From NCBI GenBank assembly GCA_022560555.1, contig JADFSZ010000003.1, positions 1 to 30,891 of the forward strand: a stretch of DNA of 30,891 nucleotides. Direction: 5' to 3'. Below the pieces are notes generated by a model, which was not told the DNA's origin, did no database searches, and saw nothing but the letters and a program-made list of their open reading frames with translations. Positions within the stretch are counted from its first letter, which is position 1. The number at the start of each line of letters is the position of its first letter. Positions 18,573 through 25,443 of this stretch are shown here, one piece after another. Origin of the DNA: PVC group bacterium. GTDB lineage: Bacteria > GCA-001730085 > JADFSZ01. The position numbers and the translations under genes are program-made.

Positions 18573-20040
18573 GGACTCTCCGGCTCCAAACAAATGTCAT
18601 CCTTGAAGCGTTGTTCTTCCTATTTTCTATCTGCCAACGATCCGCGAGTTGATCCCACAGAGGCCGCGCGGGATGTTCTATTGACTCGCTCTCTGAGATA
18701 CAGAAATTTCGGCACTCAAACACACATGTCCTATGTTTGGAGCCGGATGACCAGACAAGTGTCACAGAGGAGTCTTTCGAACAACGATCCAAAAGAAAAA
18801 GATAGGCCTCCACACACACAGTTTTGATCAGATAAAAATCCTCCTCGCTTCCAACGGATTCATCTTCCGAAATAAGCTGCAAATATTCTTGTAGATTTTT
18901 AATGTTCTCTTCCGGGTTCACGAAGTTTAAATCTAAGTTATGAGTCGTTTCCTTTGAATCAAGCTGAAGAAAAAGACATTCATAATCGCCCTCAAGGACA
19001 TGGGACACATCCCGAACGTTTTGCCGGGATGAATTCTCTGTTTTACTAAGAACCATTTTACATTTTTTCAGGTATGCGTTTTTGTCAGAGCCTCCCATCG
19101 GCTCCTTGGTCATCACAAGCCCTTCCAATAGAGAGAAACCGAGTTCCTTTTCAACGAATTTCATGGACTCTGAGAGACCGATCAATCCGGATGTCACAGG
19201 AAAATCCAAAAGATCATTCTTTCCGATTCCGATAACAAAATCCCATCCCGCGTTCGCATACGTTATTTTGTTTTTGAGGGGATCCCAAGTGAAAATGAAC
19301 ATGGCCGAGACATCCATGCCGTTCTTCAAAAGCACATCATTCATTTTCGTTAAAATAGGACTTGGGGCAAGACCATCTCGCACGTATTCGCGACACATAT
19401 TCCATACAAGATGTTCATGAAATCCTTTTTGTATTCCTTTTGTTTTTGAACTCATGGCAAAAAACCCATATCGCCCTTTATCGAGTCTCTCACAATGATA
19501 CATCAAGTTTTTATGATCCTGAGAGGATATCTTCACACGCGCTTGGGCCTGCTCTTGACGTCTTAGATTTACTTGAGAAATATATTGAATCATTCCATCT
19601 CTCTCATTAGCTTTAGCTCTCAGATCAGAATTCTCCTTTTCTAAAAATTTAATCTTTTTATATACGTTTGATTTTTTCTGAATATCCTGAACAGCCGTAT
19701 GGATCTCCTCTAAATCATACGGTTTGTTGATAAACGAGTGGACATGTTTTCGGATAGCTTTTTTCGCCAGGTCAAAATCTGATTGTGCCGTTGTAATTAT
19801 GACTTCGATCTCCGGATATTTCTGCTTGGCAAGATCCAAAAGTTCTATCCCCTCTTCTTGATCCGCCAAATTGATGTCCGTAATCAAGACATCCCACGTA
19901 CGCTTGTCCAAGAAACTTACACCATCTTCAAAAGTATGGGCGACCTGCACAACGCATCCCATTTCCTCGCATGAATCTTTGAGAGCCCATGCGAGAACTT
20001 TTTCATCATCAACAACAAGAACGTTTAATGGGGCATCCAT
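18565..20040 (-). CDS. Response-regulator fusion: REC - coiled coil - degenerate PP2C/SpoIIE-like domain - degenerate RsbW-like HATPase domain
   Basis: ORF 18565..20115 begins with TTG. The likely start is ATG 20040 (MDAPLNVLVVDDEK), with AAGGA 8 nt upstream. The REC domain has DVLITDINL and INKPYD. The middle region aligns by eye with the PP2C of ORF 22588..23973 (AMFIFTWDPLKNKITYANAGW versus FVTLFYGCLDLKKRKLHYTNAGH), but the metal-binding Asp motifs are replaced: GRYGFF for GGDYFD, AMSSKTKG for ADVSSKG, and VMTKEP for YTDGVV. The C-terminus is laid out like RsbW (VCVEAYLFLLDR) but lacks the N-box Asn and the G-boxes. Confidence 0.68.
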   Translation of the reverse strand: MDAPLNVLVVDDEKVLAWALKDSCEEMGCVVQVAHTFEDGVSFLDKRTWDVLITDINLADQEEGIELLDLAKQKYPEIEVIITTAQSDFDLAKKAIRKHVHSFINKPYDLEEIHTAVQDIQKKSNVYKKIKFLEKENSDLRAKANERDGMIQYISQVNLRRQEQAQARVKISSQDHKNLMYHCERLDKGRYGFFAMSSKTKGIQKGFHEHLVWNMCREYVRDGLAPSPILTKMNDVLLKNGMDVSAMFIFTWDPLKNKITYANAGWDFVIGIGKNDLLDFPVTSGLIGLSESMKFVEKELGFSLLEGLVMTKEPMGGSDKNAYLKKCKMVLSKTENSSRQNVRDVSHVLEGDYECLFLQLDSKETTHNLDLNFVNPEENIKNLQEYLQLISEDESVGSEEDFYLIKTVCVEAYLFLLDRCSKDSSVTLVWSSGSKHRTCVFECRNFCISESESIEHPARPLWDQLADRWQIENRKNNASRMTFVWSRRVHV

Positions 20041-20213
20041 ACATGATCCTTTTGAACCCGTCCTTTGAAAAACCGCTGACGGTAATACCCTGGTTAAGCC
20101 AAGTTCAGTACCCAAAGATTTTTTCTGAGAAAACCATTACGGGATTTTTGCGCGTTTTGTGTTGGTCTCACTTGCATGATCAAGATCCTTACTAGGGACA
20201 TCCATAATAATTG

Positions 20214-20229
20214 TGCAAGGTACATGCCA
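20214..20229 (-). promoter_or_regulatory. Sigma-54 (-24/-12) promoter: TGGCATGTACCTTGCA on the minus strand
   Basis: The minus strand from 20229 to 20214 reads TGGCAT-GTACC-TTGCA, against the consensus TGGCAC-N5-TTGCW. The GG-N10-GC spacing is exact. It lies 108 bp downstream of the NtrC-family gene stop and faces the REC-PP2C-like operon. The predicted TSS is near 20203. A perfect 16-bp AT palindrome, TTATTTATATAAATAA, lies at 20247-20262. Confidence 0.7.
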
Positions 20230-20336
20230 AATCAAATTTACATTTTTTATTTATATAAATAACTTGGATTACTGTGTTTATGGATATTTTAGTCTCAACG
20301 GCGGGGGCTCTCACAACAGATGCCTAAGTACAATTA

Positions 20337-21722
20337 CTATACATTTTTTTCTAAATTGTACTTATCAATTTTATTATATAGGGTCGTTCGATTGATACTA
20401 AGAATCTTAGCGGATTTATTCCGATTCCACTTTGTATCCCTTAGCACACGTTGAATATGGCGTTTTTCAATCTCATCCAGGCTTAAATCTTCAAGTTGCT
20501 CTTCTTGACTTTGGTTGTCCATTCGGGCCCCTTCGGCAATGATTTCGGGCTGTCTTTGCAGCATCAAATTGTCCAAAGAAAGAAACGCATCTTCACCCAA
20601 TATCATCGCCCGTTCAATAACGTTCTTCAATTCACGCACATTTCCCGGCCAAGCATAAAAAAGAAGTCTTTGTTTTGCTTCGTCGGTCAGGCCTATAAAA
20701 TTGGATTTAAATTCTTTATTGAATTCTTTAATGAAGAATTTAGCCATATCGAGGATATCCTCTTTATGTTCTCTTAATGGAGCCACATAAATAGGCATCA
20801 CTTTTAGGCGATAATACAAATCCTCCCGGAACGTTCCGTCTTTTACGGCCTCTTCAAGATTTTTATTGGTTGCGGCAATAATACGAATATCAACAAAAAT
20901 ATCTTTTATTCCTCCCACACGGCGAAAGGATTTCTCCTCAATAGCGTGCAAAAGCTTCGACTGCATGCCCGGGGTCATATCCCCGATTTCATCCAAAAAC
21001 AAGGTTCCCCCATCGGCCAATTCGAACAATCCCTCCTTGGTCTTTTTCGCATCCGTAAAGGCGCCTTTTTCATGTCCAAACAACTCGCTTTCGAGAAGGG
21101 CTTCCGGCAAAGCCGTGCCATTAACTTCAACAAAGGGTTTATCTGCCCGGCCGGACGCATAATGGATGACTCGCGCAACCAAACTTTTTCCTGTGCCGCT
21201 ATCGCCCTGAATGAGCACCGTCGAGGCTTTACTCTCGGCCACTTTTGCAACAAGCCGATTGAGGTCTTGAATCACGGAACTTTCTCCGATAATGCTCGTC
21301 AGCTTATATTTACGCCGTTCACCCTGGCGAATGTGCCCTATCTCCTTTTTGAGAGTTCGTGTCTCGAGAGCTTTAGCAATATTGATGAGAAGTTCTTCGA
21401 TATTAAACGGCTTATTAATGTAATCGTAAGCTCCCAACTTCATGGCTTGAACGGCGGAGTCGATATCAGCATATCCCGTGATCATCATGACAATCGCCTC
21501 CGGATCATATTGGATAATGGTTTTTAAAAGATCCATCCCGTTTAGGTCCGGCAGCTTCATGTCGAGAAGTATAAGATCCGGGTTTTTCTGACTGATACAA
21601 TCCAGGATATCAATTTCTCCGTCCGAAAGAATGACATCATAACCGGCTAGGGTCAGAGCCTCGTTGAGCGCGAAACGAATGGACTTTTCATCATCTATAA
21701 CGAGAATGGATTGCTTTGACAT
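20337..21722 (-). CDS. Sigma-54-dependent response regulator (NtrC family enhancer-binding protein)
   Basis: ORF 20337..21737 begins with GTG. The likely start is ATG 21722 (MSKQSILVIDDEK), with GGAG 9 nt upstream. The REC domain has LILLDMKLPDLNG. The AAA+ domain has Walker A GDSGTGKS, a GAFTGA-type loop reading GAFTDA, Walker B TLFLDEIG and FREDLYYRL. The C-terminal Fis-type HTH is KSAKILSINRTTLYNKI. Confidence 0.92.
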   Translation of the reverse strand: MSKQSILVIDDEKSIRFALNEALTLAGYDVILSDGEIDILDCISQKNPDLILLDMKLPDLNGMDLLKTIIQYDPEAIVMMITGYADIDSAVQAMKLGAYDYINKPFNIEELLINIAKALETRTLKKEIGHIRQGERRKYKLTSIIGESSVIQDLNRLVAKVAESKASTVLIQGDSGTGKSLVARVIHYASGRADKPFVEVNGTALPEALLESELFGHEKGAFTDAKKTKEGLFELADGGTLFLDEIGDMTPGMQSKLLHAIEEKSFRRVGGIKDIFVDIRIIAATNKNLEEAVKDGTFREDLYYRLKVMPIYVAPLREHKEDILDMAKFFIKEFNKEFKSNFIGLTDEAKQRLLFYAWPGNVRELKNVIERAMILGEDAFLSLDNLMLQRQPEIIAEGARMDNQSQEEQLEDLSLDEIEKRHIQRVLRDTKWNRNKSAKILSINRTTLYNKIDKYNLEKNV

Positions 21723-21761
21723 GGCGGATATCTCCACATGGTGGTTAACAAAAATAAAATT

Positions 21762-22097
21762 TTAGGTAAAACTTTCCAGAGCTTCGTCTTCCGTTGAAAA
21801 TATTGCAAACACTTTCGTCAGCTGACTAATTTCAAAGAGCTCACGAACATACTTTTGGAGATTACAAAATCTCAATTCTCCGTCTTCCTCTCTGATCATT
21901 TTTAATCCTGAAACCAGAATGCCCAGTCCCGAGCTATTAATGAAATCAACATCAGCTAAATTTATCAAAATTTTCTTCCGCTTATCCATTAAAGCCTGAT
22001 TCAGACACTCTTTGAGGCTTAAAGATGAATTAATATCGAGTTTACCCGACAAATCAACTATAGTCACATCACTCACTTTTCTAGTTTTGATGTCCAC
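21762..22097 (-). CDS. Anti-sigma-factor antagonist (STAS; RsbV/SpoIIAA type)
   Basis: 111 aa. It carries the canonical motif DFINSSGLGILV with the phosphorylatable Ser. It overlaps the upstream kinase gene by 17 nt. Confidence 0.88.
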   Translation of the reverse strand: MDIKTRKVSDVTIVDLSGKLDINSSLSLKECLNQALMDKRKKILINLADVDFINSSGLGILVSGLKMIREEDGELRFCNLQKYVRELFEISQLTKVFAIFSTEDEALESFT

Positions 22098-22518
22098 AGA
22101 CGCTTCCCTCCTTATCTAAATATTTAATCAAAGATACACACGTTCCTGAATTTTTTATTCGACGAAACTTGAGTTGATCTAAATAGCTTCTCATAATAAA
22201 AATCCCTCGCCCTGTTTCCATCCCAACATTATTTTCATCTATAACACCATGACGCTTAGGGTCATATCTAAAATCATTCTTTCCCTCATCCGTCACATCA
22301 ATTTGAAGTTGATGGGGCTTTATATCCACATTCACAATGATTGTTCCATCTTGATTTTCTTTGTTTCCGTGAATGATCGCGTTTGTGACAGCTTCACTCA
22401 CGGCAATAGAAAGCCTGATTTTTTGTTGAGGGTCAAATTTCAGCAAAACGCTTAATTCATTCACAAAGCTATGAACCACGTCCAAATAATTAAGCGAACT
22501 TTTAAAAGTTAATTTCAT
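22081..22518 (-). CDS. RsbW/SpoIIAB-type serine kinase / anti-sigma factor (HATPase_c_2)
   Basis: 145 aa. The N-box is SEAVTNAIIHG, followed by DVTDEG and TGRGIFIMRSY. Size and order are typical of partner-switching kinases. Confidence 0.85.
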   Translation of the reverse strand: MKLTFKSSLNYLDVVHSFVNELSVLLKFDPQQKIRLSIAVSEAVTNAIIHGNKENQDGTIIVNVDIKPHQLQIDVTDEGKNDFRYDPKRHGVIDENNVGMETGRGIFIMRSYLDQLKFRRIKNSGTCVSLIKYLDKEGSVCGHQN

Positions 22519-22587
22519 TTTTTAGTGTGCCAAGGTTTGTTCCAAGTGAGTTTCAAACAACCGTATTTTTACACTCTTTAGAATCCA

Positions 22588-23973
22588 TTAAGCAATAAGA
22601 CGTATGGCCACCATCGCAATATCATCATACTGCTCTAAATCACCGCTAAAAGCAACCAGTTCCTTGAACAGCCCATCAATTAAATTTTTGGAACTTTCTT
22701 CTAAATGTTCGCGAATATATTCACAAAGACGGAATTCTCCGAATAAATCTCCTTGAGGCGAAAGAGATTCAACGACACCATCTGTGTAAAAAAACAGTAA
22801 GTCTCCGTCCAAGAGATCCACGGTTTCTTCCTCGTACTCGGCATCATCGAGAATTCCCAAAAAAAGCCCTCCGGCTTTCAAACGCATCGGCTCACGGAGG
22901 TCTTTTCTAAAGATGAGAGGATAACAATGTCCGGCGTTTGTATAATGTAATTTTCTCTTTTTAAGATCCAAACACCCGTAAAACAATGTTACGAACATGT
23001 CGGTATCTCTGTTGATATCCGAACACACAAGCTGATTGGATCGGGTAATAATGTTCTTAGGCGAAGATTCTCGACTTATGTTTCCCCTTAAAATGGCGCG
23101 TGTCGCGGTCATAACAAGCGCCGCGGGAACACCTTTACTGGAGACATCCGCGACAATGACATGGAGGAGCCCGGAATCAGTAAGGAGATCGAAATAATCC
23201 CCGCCGACTTCTTTCGTGGCTGAATATTTGGTCGCGATGTCAAGGCCGGGAATCTGCGGCGGTTTTTGCGGCAAAAGCCCCAATTGTATGTCCCGGCCCA
23301 ACTGCAGTTCCTGCTCGTATTTTTGCTTCACAAGAGACTCATTGTGCAACAATGCATTATCTATGGCAACAGCGGCAAACCCGGCTACGGCCTTAATGAT
23401 TCTTTTGGCAAATTCGTCAATCTCATCAATGCGTTTAGAGTTGACGATGTTCAGTATGCCCACGGCTCGATCCCGTGTCAAAAGAGGGATACATAACACA
23501 GATTCAATAGTATGATCGCCCTCCTTGCACTCCAGATCCGGATGTTCACGCGGATTTGAATACATCAACAGTTGTTGGGTCAACAAGGCTTCATCGCAAA
23601 TAGACAATCCGCTTTTTTTAATTTTTATCGATCGAATAATTTTATCTTCAAGACTCCAGGAAATTCTTGTTACAAGACGGCCTTCTTCAAGAAGCATGAT
23701 AGAGCCGACTTCCGCGTCGGTCATTTTTAAAGGGAAATAAATGAGGTGGAATAAAATGCGCTCAAGATCGAAGCTGGAGTTGACAAGCTGTCCCGCCTCC
23801 TCTAAATCATCAAGATCTTTAACGCGCTGTTCTAATTTTACGCGGGTTTGGGCAAGAAGCGTTCTCAAATTCCGGTTTTCACTTTTCAAATCTTCCGAAG
23901 AGGGCAACTCGCTCGAAGAATCTTTATCACGCATATGATTTACCCCGGTCTGAAAGGCTTTGGCCCCAAGCAT
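22588..23973 (-). CDS. GAF domain-containing PP2C (SpoIIE/RsbU-type) serine phosphatase
   Basis: 461 aa. It has an N-terminal coiled coil and a GAF-like region. The PP2C motifs are intact: GGDYFDLL, VADVSSKGVPAALVM, YTNAGH, FFYTDGVVES and YDDIAMVAIRL. The alternative start is ATG 23934. Confidence 0.88.
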   Translation of the reverse strand: MLGAKAFQTGVNHMRDKDSSSELPSSEDLKSENRNLRTLLAQTRVKLEQRVKDLDDLEEAGQLVNSSFDLERILFHLIYFPLKMTDAEVGSIMLLEEGRLVTRISWSLEDKIIRSIKIKKSGLSICDEALLTQQLLMYSNPREHPDLECKEGDHTIESVLCIPLLTRDRAVGILNIVNSKRIDEIDEFAKRIIKAVAGFAAVAIDNALLHNESLVKQKYEQELQLGRDIQLGLLPQKPPQIPGLDIATKYSATKEVGGDYFDLLTDSGLLHVIVADVSSKGVPAALVMTATRAILRGNISRESSPKNIITRSNQLVCSDINRDTDMFVTLFYGCLDLKKRKLHYTNAGHCYPLIFRKDLREPMRLKAGGLFLGILDDAEYEEETVDLLDGDLLFFYTDGVVESLSPQGDLFGEFRLCEYIREHLEESSKNLIDGLFKELVAFSGDLEQYDDIAMVAIRLIA

Positions 23974-24006
23974 ACCGACCTTTCTTGCCTCAAAATCGAC
24001 ATGTTT

Positions 24007-24459
24007 TTATGTAGTTTTTTCTTGATCCTTTTTATTAAAATACTTATCGAATGCTTCTCCTAATTCCGTTAGTGTCGTGATAAAAACTTTAATATCTCCG
24101 CCCGGAATGAGTTTTTTGACATTTTCCATCGTTTCCTCATCCATATCATCAGCGACAGCAACCGTAATGACATTCCCAATTTTATCCACAGGCAAAACAC
24201 CCAATCCCCGGCATATATCCTCGGTAAATATATCCAAAAGTCCTTGGTCGATATCGTAACATCCCAAAGGAAGATAGGCGTGCCCGCCCTGCTCCATGAG
24301 ATGGTCCGCAACCTGCTCTTCCGTGACAAACCCTAGCTCAACAAGAATCTTTCCTAAAAAGCCCCCTTGCTTTTTCTGAACTTCGAGGGCTTTTTCTAAT
24401 TGCTCATTAGTAAGAAGCCCGTCGGCTATGAGAAGTTCTCCGATTCTCTTTTTGGCCAT
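24007..24459 (-). CDS. Stand-alone MshEN / T2SSE_N domain protein (predicted c-di-GMP receptor)
   Basis: 150 aa. RIGELLIADGLLTNEQLEKALEVQ fits the published 24-residue MshEN motif RLGxx(L/V/I)(L/V/I)xxG(L/V/I)(L/V/I)xxxxLxxxLxxQ at every fixed position apart from Ile at the Leu of RLG. After a 5-residue spacer (KKQGG) comes a second copy, FLGKILVELGFVTEEQVADHLMEQ. No ATPase domain follows. Confidence 0.8.
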   Translation of the reverse strand: MAKKRIGELLIADGLLTNEQLEKALEVQKKQGGFLGKILVELGFVTEEQVADHLMEQGGHAYLPLGCYDIDQGLLDIFTEDICRGLGVLPVDKIGNVITVAVADDMDEETMENVKKLIPGGDIKVFITTLTELGEAFDKYFNKKDQEKTT

Positions 24460-24515
24460 GATTGTAAACCTAAAACCTTATGTTGAAAAAATATACATAT
24501 TTTCGTAACCATCTG

Positions 24516-24544
24516 ATTATATGTTAATTACATAATTCCTGCAA
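24516..24544 (-). promoter_or_regulatory. Sigma-70-type promoter (TTGCAG-17 nt-TATAAT) for the MshEN/partner-switching operon
   Basis: The minus strand reads TTGCAG (24544-24539), a 17-nt spacer, then TATAAT (24521-24516). This is about 55 nt upstream of the ATG at 24459. The palindrome TTTCTCgGAGAAA lies at 24551-24563, just upstream of the -35. Confidence 0.45.
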
Positions 24545-24579
24545 GAACTTTTTCTCGGAGAAATTCTATAAAAAGAACT

Positions 24580-25200
24580 TTAGTTGACCGCGGCGGGAAT
24601 AAAAACGACGGTAGTGAATGTTTTTTCCTTTTCAAGCCCTTTGGCTTCGGTTGTAACACTTACTTTCACGGCCTTCGGCAAAGGGATCACTCCGTCGGGC
24701 CAATTTTTATCCGTATTGCTCCAGGTTGTTCCATCATCCGTCCACTCAAAATTGAGTTTACTAAATGCATATCCCGCTTCTGCCGCTTCGTTCAAAGTTG
24801 TATCCCAAGTCGCGTCCGGTTCATCCGTTGAGTTTATGACACGATATATCACTGATCCGCTCAATTGGTAATAAACTTCTGAAACGCCCCATCCGATGGA
24901 ACCACTATCAAAAATAATCAAACTCAAGGTATCACTATCGGTGGAGTCATTAAATTGCATCGCATTGGCCAGGTCACCATTTTTATAATTTATGGTAGCG
25001 ATCAAATCTTTTTCAACCAACTGCAAGAAAACACGCGCATTCTGAAGGGCTTCTGTCTGTGTTTCGCCCCGTGTCCAGAAATCCGTTGAAGCGTTAAAAA
25101 TCACGTACACCACCCCAAAAACAAGCGTTAAAATAACGGCCGCCACCAAAACCTCAATAATCGTAAACCCTTTTTTGGACCGTTTTATTTTATTCACCAT
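24580..25200 (-). CDS. Type IV pilin-like / T2SS pseudopilin (prepilin N-terminal methylation motif; GspJ/PulJ-like)
   Basis: ORF 24580..25218. The likely start is ATG 25200 (MVNKIKRSKKGFTIIEVLVAAVIL), with GGAG 8 nt upstream. It has the classic G/FTxxE prepilin peptidase site followed by a hydrophobic helix. Confidence 0.8.
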   Translation of the reverse strand: MVNKIKRSKKGFTIIEVLVAAVILTLVFGVVYVIFNASTDFWTRGETQTEALQNARVFLQLVEKDLIATINYKNGDLANAMQFNDSTDSDTLSLIIFDSGSIGWGVSEVYYQLSGSVIYRVINSTDEPDATWDTTLNEAAEAGYAFSKLNFEWTDDGTTWSNTDKNWPDGVIPLPKAVKVSVTTEAKGLEKEKTFTTVVFIPAAVN

Positions 25201-25252
25201 TCTTAGTTCTCCACTCACCGTTTCACTCTTTCATAATAGTTTTTTGCTTCTT

Positions 25253-25437
25253 GTCTTTTATCTGTCCTCTGTTGTCTGTAGTCTGTTTTCTGTCATCTGT
25301 TTTCTGTCATCTGTTGTCTGCAGTCTGTTTTCTGTCATCTGTTTTCTGTCATCTGTTGTCTGTAGTCTGTTTTCTACCATTTACCATTTACGATTTACCA
25401 ATTACTGCTTTTGACCATTTACGATTTCCCATTTACG
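25253..25437. repeat. Array of about 26 tandem 7-bp units in two families, with a 42-bp higher-order repeat
   Basis: The plus strand has about 17 heptads of form nnTCTGT (minus strand ACAGAnn) at 25253-25371. About 8 heptads of ATTTACS (minus strand SGTAAAT) follow at 25372-25437, interrupted by a 10-bp insertion near 25407-25416. The 42-bp units 25274-25315 and 25316-25357 differ at one base (t25279 versus c25321). A third copy starts at 25358 and matches through 25375. Confidence 0.92.
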
Positions 25438-25443
25438 GATTTT

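Noticed and set aside
20041-20115. N-terminal extensions given by the ORF track that begin at TTG or GTG codons: 18565..20115, 20337..21737, 27372..27779, 4820..5890, 1697..2809 and 10591..12567.
   Set aside because: In each case an internal ATG with a good SD, or a promoter or upstream gene lying inside the extension, supports the shorter form. Domain boundaries (the REC or Rossmann domain starting right after the internal Met) agree.
22516-22531. GTGCCA at 22526-22531 looked like the -24 element of another minus-strand sigma-54 promoter in front of the RsbW-like gene.
   Set aside because: The corresponding -12 position reads AAAAT rather than TTGC. The element overlaps the start codon, so a TSS would fall inside the gene.
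25260-25343. Mini-ORFs on the minus strand inside the repeat: MTENR-stop, and a 26-aa ORF MTENRLQTTDDRKQMTENRLQTTEDR created by the ACAGATGACAGAA junctions.
   Set aside because: There is no SD. The ATG and TGA codons are automatic consequences of the heptad sequence. They are worth remembering only as possible uORFs if the array is transcribed.
25253-25437. The repeat array could be mistaken for a CRISPR array.
   Set aside because: The units are 7 bp (42 bp at higher order) and directly abutting, with no unique spacers. No cas genes are in the window.
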